DNA of 53,467 bases from a virus (Duplodnaviria; Caudoviricetes). The position numbers and the translations under genes are program-made. How positions within the stretch are numbered: position 1 is the stretch's first letter; the number at the start of each line of letters is the position of its first letter. A model generated the notes under the pieces. The model searched no databases and had not been told where the DNA came from. It worked only from the letters and a program-made list of their open reading frames with translations. Positions 34,534 through 45,700 of the stretch are shown in pieces. The stretch covers positions 1 to 53,467 of the IMG/VR virus record IMGVR_UViG_3300010354_003850; one strand, 5' to 3'.

Positions 34534-35145
34534 ATGAAAGTTGATGCCGTTCTTTTCGATCTTGATGGGGTTTTGGTAGATGCTTGTGACTGGCACTATC
34601 ATGCCCTAAATCATGCTCTAGTTGATGCAGGATATTTGGCAATTTCAAGAGATGATCATCTATCAAAATACAATGGTCTGCCAACAAAGGTAAAGTTAAA
34701 GATGTTGGGCATTCCTGAAGGACTGGCGGAAAAGATCAATTCTGCAAAACAAGAACACACCCTATCAACCATACGAAAAACCGCCAAGGTGATGCCAGAG
34801 AAATTGGAATTGCACAAGCATCTGAAATCAAAGGGTATTAAGATCGCTTGTGTGACCAACTCAATAAAAGAAACGGCGACAGAGATGTTGCGACATACAG
34901 GACAATTAGAGTACATTGACCTTCTTGTTTCGAACGAAATGGTGAAGAATAACAAACCAAGTCCCGAATGCTATAACATTGCAGTAGAAAAATTAGGAAT
35001 TGACCCAAAGTTTTGCGTGTGTGTCGAAGACTCTCCGAAAGGTATTGAGGCAGCAAAATCAAGTGTTGTTTCAAACCTTTGGGTTGTCCCCGACCCATCT
35101 TATGTGAACAAAGTCAACTTCGTTTCATTTATTTCAGAGGACTAA
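34534..35145 (+). CDS. HAD-family phosphatase
   Basis: FDLDGVLVD, VTNS, KPSP, VEDSPKG. Confidence 0.9.
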   Translation: MKVDAVLFDLDGVLVDACDWHYHALNHALVDAGYLAISRDDHLSKYNGLPTKVKLKMLGIPEGLAEKINSAKQEHTLSTIRKTAKVMPEKLELHKHLKSKGIKIACVTNSIKETATEMLRHTGQLEYIDLLVSNEMVKNNKPSPECYNIAVEKLGIDPKFCVCVEDSPKGIEAAKSSVVSNLWVVPDPSYVNKVNFVSFISED

Positions 35146-35147
35146 TC

Positions 35148-35861
35148 ATGAAGATACTCATACCAATGGCAGGAGAGGGGAGTAGGTTTGCGAAAGAGGG
35201 ATATACTTTTCCGAAACCTTTAATAGATGTGCGGGGCAAACCAATGATTCAAGCAGTTGTTGAGAATCTTGATTTTGATGCAGAGTACATCTTTCTAGTT
35301 AGAAAAGAACACTTGGAAAAGTATCAAGGTCTTCCGTCCACTCTTGAGAGAATAACCAATGGCAAATCAAAGATTGTCACAGTTGATAGCCTTACAGAGG
35401 GTGCTGCATGTACCGCTCTACTGGCTGAAAAATACATCAATAACGATGACGATCTTCTGATCGCCAACTCCGACCAAATCATCGAATACAGTCCGCAGAA
35501 CTTCAACTCATTGAGAAACATGACTAATGTTGACGGAATCGTATTTGCATTCAATGCAGTTCATCCGAAGTGGTCTTTCGTGAAAACCAATTCAAGGGGA
35601 ATTGTTATTGAGGTTGCGGAAAAGAAGCCGATCTCGGACATCGCAACATGCGGAATTTATTGGTATCGCCGTGGTTCCGATTTTGTTGCATGTGCGAAAA
35701 AAATGATCGAAAAGAACATTCGTGTCAACAACGAATTCTACATTGCTCCTGTGTACAACGAAATGATTCAGAACGGAGGAACTTTGATTCCTTTCTTCGT
35801 CCACCGTATGCACGGAATTGGAACTCCTGAAGACCTTAATGCATATCTATCAACAACATGA
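35148..35861 (+). CDS. sugar-phosphate nucleotidyltransferase
   Basis: IPMAGEGSRF...PKPLI, TEGAA, AEKKPIS, GTPEDL. Confidence 0.88.
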   Translation: MKILIPMAGEGSRFAKEGYTFPKPLIDVRGKPMIQAVVENLDFDAEYIFLVRKEHLEKYQGLPSTLERITNGKSKIVTVDSLTEGAACTALLAEKYINNDDDLLIANSDQIIEYSPQNFNSLRNMTNVDGIVFAFNAVHPKWSFVKTNSRGIVIEVAEKKPISDIATCGIYWYRRGSDFVACAKKMIEKNIRVNNEFYIAPVYNEMIQNGGTLIPFFVHRMHGIGTPEDLNAYLSTT

Positions 35862-36313
35862 GCAAATTGTTGGTCATCTCGCATAGAGGAAACACGGAAG
35901 GTCGAATTCCCGAAAAGGAGAATTCCCCAGAGTACATTCAAAATGCTGTAGATTTTGGGTTTCGTGTTGAGGTGGATGTTTGGTTTCAGGATGGATCATT
36001 TTTCCTTGGACACGATTTCCCACAATATAAAACCACACTTTCGTGGCTGCGAGAAAATCCGCTATGGTGTCATGCGAAGAATCGTGATGCATTTGAGCGG
36101 CTGCTTCATGGTGGGCTTCATTGTTTCTGGCACGAAACAGACAAATGGACGATCACAAGCAAAGGTGTAGTTTGGGCGTATCCGAACAATCCCATGAAAG
36201 ACTGTATCTTGGTTGCTCTTGAGAAATGGGACGCAGAAAAACACTCCACCTTAAAAGAAATTCGTGGCGTGTGTACTGATTATCCTGTATCTTGGTTGAG
36301 CAAGACCGACTAA
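35858..36313 (+). CDS. glycerophosphodiester phosphodiesterase-like protein
   Basis: ISHRGN, EN, EVDVW, LGHD, VCTD. Confidence 0.75.
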   Translation: MSKLLVISHRGNTEGRIPEKENSPEYIQNAVDFGFRVEVDVWFQDGSFFLGHDFPQYKTTLSWLRENPLWCHAKNRDAFERLLHGGLHCFWHETDKWTITSKGVVWAYPNNPMKDCILVALEKWDAEKHSTLKEIRGVCTDYPVSWLSKTD

Positions 36314-36344
36314 ATACTCCGCACAAAGGAGTGAGGTATACACT

Positions 36345-37247
36345 ATGAGATATTTGGTTACTGGTGGTGCAGGATTTATTGGTTCTAATTTGGTTGATTC
36401 GTTGATCAATGATGGGCATGATGTAACCGTCATAGACAATGAGTCCTCGGATGCCCATGATCAATTCTATTGGAATCCGAAAGCAAAGAACCACAAATAC
36501 AATATCAATGACTATGAAATGGTACGCAAACTCTACGAGGGGATTGATGTAGTATTTCATCTTGCAGCAGAGGCTCGGATTCAGCCTTGCATTGTCGATC
36601 CTCTAAAAGCAGTTGAAGCAAATATGCTCGGTACTGCAAGCGTACTCCAATGCGCCCGTGTGTGCCGGGTAAAGAGGGTCATTTATTCATCCACATCATC
36701 GGCATACGGTTTAAGTAATGAGCCACCGTTGGTCGAAACGATGCCAAACGACTGTCTGAATCCGTACTCCGTAACAAAAACGGGAGGAGAGGAACTATGC
36801 AAAATGTACTCCAAACTCTACGGACTGCAAACGCTTATATTCCGATACTTCAATGTATATGGAGAAAGACAGCCACTTAGAGGACAATATGCTCCGGTTA
36901 TTGGAATTTTCTTGCGTCAGCGGGCGGCAGGGGAGGCAATGACAATCGTAGGAGATGGTGAACAGAGAAGAGATTTTACTCATGTAAGCGATGTTGTTCG
37001 TGCAAATGTTCTCGCCGCTGAATTCAATCCCTCCGAGTCTTGGGAGTGGGGGCAGATTTACAACATCGGAACAGGAACAAATCACTCAATCAATGAAATT
37101 GCTCATTTGATGGGGGGACATACTGTAAACATTCCTGCACGATTGGGCGAATCTAGGATTACTTTGGCAAATGCGAACAAAGCAAAAGAACACTTGAATT
37201 GGACAGCCAAAGTTAGGCTTGAGGATTGGATCGAAAGAAACAAATAA
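36345..37247 (+). CDS. NAD-dependent sugar epimerase/dehydratase
   Basis: TGGAGFIG, YSVTK, RYFNVYG, RDFTHV; CTAAATA 36310-36316. Confidence 0.93.
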   Translation: MRYLVTGGAGFIGSNLVDSLINDGHDVTVIDNESSDAHDQFYWNPKAKNHKYNINDYEMVRKLYEGIDVVFHLAAEARIQPCIVDPLKAVEANMLGTASVLQCARVCRVKRVIYSSTSSAYGLSNEPPLVETMPNDCLNPYSVTKTGGEELCKMYSKLYGLQTLIFRYFNVYGERQPLRGQYAPVIGIFLRQRAAGEAMTIVGDGEQRRDFTHVSDVVRANVLAAEFNPSESWEWGQIYNIGTGTNHSINEIAHLMGGHTVNIPARLGESRITLANANKAKEHLNWTAKVRLEDWIERNK

Positions 37248-37258
37248 GGACGATTGCA

Positions 37259-38863
37259 ATGAAACTAATTACAGTATGCTCCGAGTCGCACAATCAATTG
37301 CTGGAAACGCACTTTCTCCCATCAATTCCAACTACTTTGACTCCGATTGTCGAGAGAACAAAGCAGCATGGGAATGGTAGATATGATACAGAACATTTTC
37401 TTGATGCGATGAAAGACAAACTTCGCACGGTAATTCATTACACAAAAACAGAGAAAGACCCCTTCATATACTCGGATGTTGATGTTCGATTCAATCCTTT
37501 ACTGAATCCTGTTCCTATTTTGTTCGAACTGCTGCGAAGATCAGGATCAGATATGCTTTGTCAGAGAGACTGGAGAGCAGTCTGTTGTGGATTCATGGTC
37601 ATAGTCCCTTCCAAGAAAAATGCAGACTATCTTCAGGCAGTAATGGATTACATGGAACTGCCAATTAATGCATCAAGAAAAATGGACTTTCACGATCAGG
37701 TTGCATTCAATGAACTGTATGGGTCGAATCATTTTCAAAATGTAGAGAGACCGAAGATAACACTAATTGATGCGACAAATGGGTTTGGAAACATGAACCA
37801 CATACAGCCGGGTGTTCTGTGGGAACCAAACAATGACATCATTGAAAAGAACAAAGACCTCATGAAGAAGCAATTCATGTGGCACGGCAATTTTACTGTT
37901 GGGAATGAAAACAAAATGGAGATGTTGGAGAGATTCAAGAACGCAGCAATGGTTCAGACAAGTAATCCGATTTCCGATTTGCTTCGACCTTGGCCCCCAA
38001 GATATGGTGTGTATCCGCCATACAATGCAACTCTCCCTCTAGAAGACTACTTTCATAAGTTTGCTGAAGGAAAATCGTTCAATCGCCAATACATCGGAGT
38101 TTCATGGACTACTCTGTACAATGATGGAACAAACATCGATGTCCAAGCAGTACTCAATCGTCTACCTAGAGATGGTAGTTATTTCACGGTATGTCAACAC
38201 GATGATGCACCACAAAGGCATTTTTTGCCGAAGGATACCATGATTTTTTCTGCTGGAGGAAATGCAACTCGGGGCAACATCATTCCAATTCCCCTGATAT
38301 GCTCACCAATCGTTCTTCCAAATGAAGACATCTCTGTTGAGAAAGAGTTACTTTGTTCTTTTGTTGGGTCAGATACTCACCCTATTCGTAAAAAGATGAT
38401 TCAGCAATTTGAGAATGATGATGATTTTGCAATTATTCATCGTGAGTGGGCGATGAATGTGGGCGAAGCATCACTTAATCTATTCAAGAGAATCACGAAG
38501 AGGAGCGTATTTGCTCTTTGTCCTAGGGGATATGGGAAAACAAGTTTCCGTATGTACGAGGTTATGCAAATGGGAGCAATTCCGGTATACCTTTCAGATG
38601 ATCACTACTTACCTTGGGCAGATGAACTTGACTGGAATGAGTTTGCTGTTCTGGTTAAAGAAAAAGATATACCGAATATCAAGACCATACTTCTTTCTTA
38701 CAGCGAAAAAAAGCAACAGGATATGGTCAACCGTGCAAAACAAATCTACAATGATTATTTCAGCCTAGACGGTGTTTGCAAACAAATACAAAAAAGAGTC
38801 AACAACCAAAACCTCACATCAGCAAAGGAACTTCGTCATGGAACACTTCTATCAACTCCCTAA
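37259..38863 (+). CDS. fusion of GT77-like nucleotide-diphospho-sugar transferase and GT47 exostosin-like domain
   Basis: YSDVDV, HDQVAFN, HGNFTVG; FVGS, FALCPRGYG, IPVYLSD...LPW. Confidence 0.75.
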   Translation: MKLITVCSESHNQLLETHFLPSIPTTLTPIVERTKQHGNGRYDTEHFLDAMKDKLRTVIHYTKTEKDPFIYSDVDVRFNPLLNPVPILFELLRRSGSDMLCQRDWRAVCCGFMVIVPSKKNADYLQAVMDYMELPINASRKMDFHDQVAFNELYGSNHFQNVERPKITLIDATNGFGNMNHIQPGVLWEPNNDIIEKNKDLMKKQFMWHGNFTVGNENKMEMLERFKNAAMVQTSNPISDLLRPWPPRYGVYPPYNATLPLEDYFHKFAEGKSFNRQYIGVSWTTLYNDGTNIDVQAVLNRLPRDGSYFTVCQHDDAPQRHFLPKDTMIFSAGGNATRGNIIPIPLICSPIVLPNEDISVEKELLCSFVGSDTHPIRKKMIQQFENDDDFAIIHREWAMNVGEASLNLFKRITKRSVFALCPRGYGKTSFRMYEVMQMGAIPVYLSDDHYLPWADELDWNEFAVLVKEKDIPNIKTILLSYSEKKQQDMVNRAKQIYNDYFSLDGVCKQIQKRVNNQNLTSAKELRHGTLLSTP

Positions 38864-39974
38864 TTTCGGAGAAGACTGGTTTACATACCCACAACTTTAC
38901 AAGAGGTTTGTAAACAAACTTCCAAGCAACTCAAAAATTGTTGAAGTTGGCTCTTGGAAAGGCAAAAGCACCGCATTTCTTGGTGTGGAAATTATCAATT
39001 CGGGGAAGAATATCGAACTCCATGCAGTAGACACATGGGGAGGTTCTGGTGAACACAGTAATGATCCTTATGTCAAGACAAACACACTCTATCCATTGTT
39101 TCTGGCAAACATTGCACCAGTAAGTTCTGTCGTAAAGACTGTTCGTAAGAAATCGACAGAAGCAGCCAAAGACTACGAGGATGAATCTTTGGATATCGTG
39201 TTCATTGATGCATGTCACGAATATGAGTGTGTGAAGGAAGATATTGCTGCATGGCTTCCAAAGGTAAAAATGGGCGGTATATTGGCAGGACACGACTTTA
39301 CAGCAAGTTTCCCCGGAGTAATCAAAGCCGTACAAGAACTGTTTCCCATCGATCAGATAGAGGCTACGGAGATGTGTTGGGTTTACACAAAGAATAAACC
39401 AAAATCATTGAATCCGAATCGAGTGTTTGTCGATATTGGAACCAATCTCATGCAGGGATATGATCATCTGTCAAAAAAGTTTGGTGTTGATGATTCCTGG
39501 AAAGTCTGTTTGATTGAACCTAACAGGAATTGCCATTCCACAATATTGTCGAAGATAGAAAACAAACCAAACATGAAATTGTACAAGGCTGCAATCGATT
39601 CCAAAAATGGTGTGGCGAAGTTTGTACGCACAGAGGATACTCCGACAGATATTGCGGGAACAATATGCGGCAAAGATTGGCTTACTGCGGTGCGAGCCAA
39701 ATTTGATCTGGTGACAGACAAGACCGAGGAATACGAGGTCGAAACAAAATCGTTGTCAAGTATTTTGAATGAGTATCCCGATCATTCGTTTTGGTTGAAG
39801 TTAGACTGTGAGGGAAAAGAGTATGACATTCTTGAATCACTTGATACTGACCAATACGATATTCAGGCTTTGGTCGTAGAATTTCATATCATTAATGAGA
39901 AAGACACGGAAAGAAAACAAAACATTCTTCAGAAATTCTCTGCCGCTGGAATTCCGGTATACGAGTGGCATTAA
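38838..39974 (+). CDS. double SAM-dependent methyltransferase (Methyltransf_24-like plus FkbM-like)
   Basis: VEVGSWKGKS, VFIDACH.YE, GHD; FVDIG, KLDCEG.E, VEFH. Confidence 0.8.
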   Translation: MEHFYQLPNFGEDWFTYPQLYKRFVNKLPSNSKIVEVGSWKGKSTAFLGVEIINSGKNIELHAVDTWGGSGEHSNDPYVKTNTLYPLFLANIAPVSSVVKTVRKKSTEAAKDYEDESLDIVFIDACHEYECVKEDIAAWLPKVKMGGILAGHDFTASFPGVIKAVQELFPIDQIEATEMCWVYTKNKPKSLNPNRVFVDIGTNLMQGYDHLSKKFGVDDSWKVCLIEPNRNCHSTILSKIENKPNMKLYKAAIDSKNGVAKFVRTEDTPTDIAGTICGKDWLTAVRAKFDLVTDKTEEYEVETKSLSSILNEYPDHSFWLKLDCEGKEYDILESLDTDQYDIQALVVEFHIINEKDTERKQNILQKFSAAGIPVYEWH

Positions 39975-40034
39975 CAAGCAAGTTGGTAAAAATGGCTTGC
40001 AATCTGTCTGCTGCTGTGTATGATTACACTCTAG

Positions 40035-41462
40035 ATGAACGATAAAATCGAACTCGTCATTCTGCGTAGTTTGCTCTACAGGGCAGACTATACCCGCAGA
40101 GTTCAGCCCTTCCTCAAGGAAGAGTATTTCCACGACAACTGCGAAAAGCGGCTGTTCAAGACCATCTCTGACTTTATTGAGAAGTACTCAAACGCACCGA
40201 CCCGTGAAGCGTTGAACATCATTCTCAATGGTCAGGATGGTCTTTCGCAGGGGGAATACGATGAGTGCATCAAGTTGGTGGAGGCTATCTCTGTTGGGCA
40301 GGAGAATCCCGATGAACAATGGCTAATCGACCAGACCGAGAAGTTCTGCAAGGACAAGGCGGTTTACAATGCCATCATGGAGTCAATCGAACTCCTTGAC
40401 GAGAAAAAGGCAAAGGGTCGCTCCAAGAACGCCATTCCCGAGATTCTTACGAAGGCATTGAGCGTATCCTTTGATGAACACATCGGTCACGACTTCATTG
40501 AAGATGCTAGTGAACGGTACGACTTCTATCACCGTGTGGAGAAGAAAACTGCATTTGATCTTGACTACTTCAACAAGATCACCAACGGTGGTGTGCCCGA
40601 CAAGACTCTGAATGTAGTGCTTGCAGGAACAGGCGTGGGCAAGAGTCTATTCATGTGCCATCATGCAGCCAACTGCCTTACACAAAGCAAGAATGTTCTT
40701 TACATCACCTGTGAGATGGCGGAAGAGCGGATCGCAGAGCGCATCGATGCCAACCTGATGGACATCTCACTTGATGATCTGAAGAAGTTGCCTCTTGAAA
40801 TCTATTCCAAGCGGCTTGCAAAGGTTACGGCAGGGATCACGGGCAAGTTGCTCATCAAGGAGTACCCCACGGCATCTGCCAATGTCAATCACTTCCGACA
40901 CCTGTTGGACGAGTTGCGCCTGAAGAAGAACTTCAAGCCGGATGTGGTCTTCATCGACTATCTGAACATCTGTGCTTCTTCCCGTTTCAAGGCGAATGGC
41001 AATGTCAATTCGTACACATATGTCAAGGCGATTGCCGAGGAACTTCGTGGTTTGGCTGTGGAGATGGGTGTTCCGATCTTCACCGCCACGCAGACAAATC
41101 GATCAGGTTTCTCCAACACCGATGTTGAGTTGACCGACACTTCCGAATCATTCGGTCTTCCTGCAACGGCAGATTTCATGTTTGCTCTGATCTCAACCGA
41201 GCAGTTGGACGAGTTGGGTCAAGTGATGGTGAAGCAGTTGAAGAATCGGTACAACGATGTCGCTACCAATCGCAAATTCGTCATTGGAATTGACCGTTCC
41301 AAGATGAAGTTGTTCGATGTTGCTGAGGAGGAGCAGCAGTTGATCCAAGGAAACCACGCAGCAGACCAAGACGAGGACGATGAGGGTCGTGCGCCCATAC
41401 GCACGGGCGGGTACGGGCGCACGGGCGCACGGGAGAAACCCGCCCTAGATGATTGGTCTTGA
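40035..41462 (+). CDS. gp41: replicative helicase
   Basis: AGTGVGKS, KEYPT, IDYLNI, TATQTNR, SESFGLP; promoter TTGCAA-N16-TATGAT at 39997-40024. Confidence 0.97.
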   Translation: MNDKIELVILRSLLYRADYTRRVQPFLKEEYFHDNCEKRLFKTISDFIEKYSNAPTREALNIILNGQDGLSQGEYDECIKLVEAISVGQENPDEQWLIDQTEKFCKDKAVYNAIMESIELLDEKKAKGRSKNAIPEILTKALSVSFDEHIGHDFIEDASERYDFYHRVEKKTAFDLDYFNKITNGGVPDKTLNVVLAGTGVGKSLFMCHHAANCLTQSKNVLYITCEMAEERIAERIDANLMDISLDDLKKLPLEIYSKRLAKVTAGITGKLLIKEYPTASANVNHFRHLLDELRLKKNFKPDVVFIDYLNICASSRFKANGNVNSYTYVKAIAEELRGLAVEMGVPIFTATQTNRSGFSNTDVELTDTSESFGLPATADFMFALISTEQLDELGQVMVKQLKNRYNDVATNRKFVIGIDRSKMKLFDVAEEEQQLIQGNHAADQDEDDEGRAPIRTGGYGRTGAREKPALDDWS

Positions 41463-41469
41463 CACCCAC

Positions 41470-41543
41470 AGGCGGGTGCCTGAAGTGGAAAAAGGTGGTG
41501 ACTTATAATCGCCCTCATGCGGGTTCGATCCCCGCCCCGCCTA
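41470..41543 (+). tRNA. tRNA-Ile(TAT)
   Basis: AGGCGGG/CCCGCCT acceptor; GGTGA-CTTATAA-TCGCC; GCGGG-TTCGATC-CCCGC. Confidence 0.8.
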
Positions 41544-41582
41544 TTACAAAACACCTAAATACTCCCCGCAGGAAGGATATCT

Positions 41583-42782
41583 GTGCTATCGTTTAAAGAT
41601 GCCATACCCTCCTTGACGGAGGAAACCGTCAGGAACAAGCACCTTGATCACATTGAGGATCTTATGATTCTTCAAGGTGAAAGAGGGCTAAAACTGTCAA
41701 TTGCATTTCTAAAGGACATAGCGCAAAGCCTCAAGACCGGCGAGACCTCCTTGGGAATTTCTACCAAGTGGGATGGAAAGCCTGCAATTGTGTGTGGAAT
41801 AAACCCCGACAACGGCAAGTTCTTCGTTGCAACAAAGGGAGCATTCAACAAGACTGTTGTTGCATTTCACACCGAAGCAGAAGTCAAAAAGGGCGTTCCG
41901 AATGCTGATCTGGCATCGAAGTTGATTCAATGCCTGAAGTATTTGCCAAAAATTGGAATCAAGGGAGTCTTGCAGGGAGACCTGATGTTCACCCCCGATT
42001 CCAAAAAGACGCAGACGATAGATGGTAAAGAGTACATCACCTTCATGCCGAATACCATCATGTACGCAATCCCTGTAGGAAGCGATATAGGGCGTTCTGT
42101 TGCGTCTGCGAAGGTGGGGATAGCCTTCCACACCGTCTACAGCGGAAAGACCATGGCGGCTCTCTCTGCCTCTTCATTCAACTTCAATTCATCCTCTCTG
42201 AAGAAGACTCCTGATGTCTGGTTCACCGATCCAAACATCTACGACATTACCCCCGCCCTTCTCAAAGGAAATGAATATCAATCTCTGATGAGCATGATTA
42301 AAGATTGTGAATCAAAAGCGAAGACTGTCGGTCCGTTCATCAAAACGCTGATGAGTAACAAGGATTTGGTCGAATACATTCTTCCATATGTGAATGCAAC
42401 AATCAACGGTGGCTTGGCGCAGTTCTCGTCAAAAGGACTTGCCTTGAGCATCGAAACCAAGTTGGACAAAGAGATCGATAAGTTGAAAACCGAGCGGGGT
42501 AAGCAGGGAAAGCAGGAAGTCAAGAAAAAGTTGCTTTCCTTCATCAGCGCATATGACAAGCAGTTCAACGAAATGTTTGGACTACATAATAGTATTGCCA
42601 AGGCAAAAGAAGTACTTCTTGGCAAGTTCTATGCCCTGTCACAGTTTGGACATTTCTTTGTGGACGATGAGGGCATTCGTCCGACAGACCCCGAGGGGGT
42701 TGTCATCGCTCGTTCGGGCAAAGTAACAAAATTGGTCAATCGTCTTCGTTTCAGCCGCCAAAATAGGAAGATCAATCAATGA
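41583..42782 (+). CDS. ligase-fold nucleotidyltransferase-like protein (DUF6267-like); capsid-targeting-like N-terminus
   Basis: HLDHIED, TKWDG (KxDG), LQGDLMF, EGVV...KLV; CTAAATA 41555-41561; MLSFKD...LTEE. Confidence 0.6.
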   Translation: MLSFKDAIPSLTEETVRNKHLDHIEDLMILQGERGLKLSIAFLKDIAQSLKTGETSLGISTKWDGKPAIVCGINPDNGKFFVATKGAFNKTVVAFHTEAEVKKGVPNADLASKLIQCLKYLPKIGIKGVLQGDLMFTPDSKKTQTIDGKEYITFMPNTIMYAIPVGSDIGRSVASAKVGIAFHTVYSGKTMAALSASSFNFNSSSLKKTPDVWFTDPNIYDITPALLKGNEYQSLMSMIKDCESKAKTVGPFIKTLMSNKDLVEYILPYVNATINGGLAQFSSKGLALSIETKLDKEIDKLKTERGKQGKQEVKKKLLSFISAYDKQFNEMFGLHNSIAKAKEVLLGKFYALSQFGHFFVDDEGIRPTDPEGVVIARSGKVTKLVNRLRFSRQNRKINQ

Positions 42783-45700
42783 TGGAGAGGTTTGCAACTC
42801 ATATCACCGAAGCAAAGAAGAAAGATACCGCAGTCTTTGCATTCGGAAGAATGAACCCGCCCACGATTGGTCACGGTGCTGTCGTTGACAAGGTAATGTC
42901 CGAGGCATCAAAGAGAAACGCAGATCACTACATCTTTGTCTCCAAGACGCAGGAGCCAAAAAAGAATCCCTTGGATCAAAAGACCAAGATTGCCTATCTC
43001 AAGAAGTTTTTCCCGAGAGGCAATTTTCCGATTGGCAAGTCAATCAATCCATTTGACACGGTTCTGTACCTGTGTGAACTTGGGTACAAGCACATTGTTG
43101 TCGTAACAGGAAGCGATCACCTTGCCGAGTACAACAAGATCAAGGAATACAAGGGCAAGGTTGCATCAAACGATCCGAAGAAGCGAAAGTATTCGTTTGA
43201 AACATTTGAGGTCGTAATTGCCGGTGAGGCGAGAGATGACGCAGCCACAGGCGTTGCCGGTATGTCCGCTTCAAAGATGCGGGCTGCTGCGTTCAACAAC
43301 GATTACAAGTCTTTCTCCGCAGGCGTTCCGGGTACGGACGATGCAACCAAAAAGAAGTTGTTCAAGGATGTGCGAAAGGGACTCAACCTCAAGGAAGAGT
43401 ATTTCCCCGAAGCCAAGGACGAGACAGAGAATGTCACCATTCTTGCAGTTACTTCTTCGGAAAAAGATTTGAGCGACACCATCGAAAAGATGGAGGAAAT
43501 CTGCAAGCGGCGCAAGATCAATTTCTATGCGGTGAAGACAAGCAAGGCACAGGTTGACATTTCGAATGTCGCATCCAACAAGATAACGATCAAGAACTAT
43601 GACGGAGAAGGCAAGGATGTGACGATTGTCCCCGGCGATACCGTTGCCGTGGTTCGTGGTGGCGTGATGAACAGCGACATCGGTGTTGCAATCATGACGA
43701 TCTTGCAGAACAATGGCGTGTTCATGATCAATGAGCGTGGGGGCATGGAACTATGTGCCAACAAGTTGGAGACAGCAATTGCTCTCAAGAAGCATGAATT
43801 GCCCCATCCACGAACTGCCTTTGTCGCAAACGAAGAGAACATTGAATCGGCAGTCAAGGAAATCGGCGGAAAGTTCCCCGTCATCGTGAAGACGCTCACG
43901 GGCGCAGAGGGAATCGGGGTTTCCAAGATCGAAAGCATGGAAAGCCTGAAGTCCGTCTTGCAGACCCTGTGGAAGTACGGCGCAGAGGTCATCATGCAGG
44001 AGTTCCTGCCGAACTTCAAGAACGATGTGCGAAGCATCTGTCTCAACGGCAAGATATTCGCATGTGCCAAGCGGGACAAGGCACCGAAGGATTTCAGAAC
44101 CAATATCGCCCGAGGTTCCAAGGGCGGGTCTTTCCAACTTTCTGACGAGGAAATAAAGTTGGTGGAGCGGGCAGCAAGGGTCAGCAAGTGCTACTATGTC
44201 GGCATCGACCATGTAATCAACGATGGCAAGCCTTACATTATTGAAATGAATGCGTCACCGGGCAGCGGCAACATCTATTACCGATACTACGAGGACGGCA
44301 AGGGCAAGGACAATGTAAAGGGTGAGGAGTTGGTTGAGGATTTTGTTGATTACATTCTGAACAAGGCACATTGGAAGTTGTTCTCGAATCTTGCGGTCCG
44401 TGAGGAGGTCGTTATCGATGGCGAGGAATACACCGCCAAGATTGACACCGGCAACAGCGGTTACAACATGATCCATGCCGAGGACATCAAGGATAACGGA
44501 GATCACACCGTCACCTTCAAGTTGCCCAACGGCAAGAAGGTCACCAAGAAGATCGTCAGTCGCATCACGGTTAAGAGTGGAATCGGACAAAAGAAGCGTT
44601 TGGTGGTACTCATGGATATTGAATTCCATGGCAAGAAGTACACAAACATCAAGTTCAGCCTTGGTGATCGCAGCCATATGTCAACGAAGGTTCTCATTGG
44701 TTTGCAGTTTTTGAGCAAGACAGGAATGGTGGTGGATCCTGCTGATGCAATCTATCCACAGCCCGATGTCAACTCCAAGCGCAAGGGCGATGAAGAAGAG
44801 GAGATGAACGAGGACATGGCAATCAGCCAAGCCAAGGAGGCGGCAGTTGACATCCTCAAGACACCTGTTATTGCATCAAAGATATTTGCCGTTGCCAACA
44901 AAAAGGGCAAGTTGGCTCCCGAAGAATACAAGAGGGAAGTCGAAACGGTCAAGATGGAAATCATCAATCAGGCATACAAGGCATTGGGTGCAGGAAATAC
45001 CCTCACTCGATTTACCCAAGAAAACAAAGTAGCCAAGATACTGACCAAATTGATGGACAAGTTCATCGTGAGTGGCGGAATCGACATCAGCACATGGAAC
45101 AAATTGATGATGGGTGCAATCAAGTTTGTTCACATTCTTGGCATGGGCGATGAGTTGGAGGGAACTCCGATTGCGGAAGCGGATGCGACCAAAGGCAAGG
45201 AATTCAAGACAAAGACGGGAAAGATCAAGCAGAGTCCAAAAGACAAGGGTACGGGTCTTCCAAAGAAGTATGTCTCTGGATTGAGCAAGCGTGATGCAGA
45301 ACTACGAAAGAAGCGTTTGGAGAAGAGGAAGAACATGAGAGATGATGATCCAAAGACATGGGAATTCGTCAACCCCAAGGAAAAGAACATCAAGACGAAG
45401 CCATCGAAGTACAGCACTCTTTACAAGAAGTTGGAAAAGAAGGGGCAACTCAAGGCTCTGAAGAACCAATACGAACACGATACGGTAATGGAGCGATTGT
45501 TGGTCATTGACGAATCCAACGGCTCTGTTGGTCAAAAGATGCGTAAGGCAATTGAGACCGAGGAAAGGTGCCGCAATCGTGGAATGAGTGAAGGTGCAAA
45601 AATATCTCGTTGGTACATTGAATACCTGAAGGAAATTCGAAACACAGAATTGTCTTCCGATGAAACTCCATCGGATATCAACGAAGATTTTGAGTTCTTC

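Noticed and set aside
24672-41462. Inteins or introns in gp43, uvsX or gp41
   Set aside because: Lengths are ordinary and motifs contiguous; no splicing motifs seen
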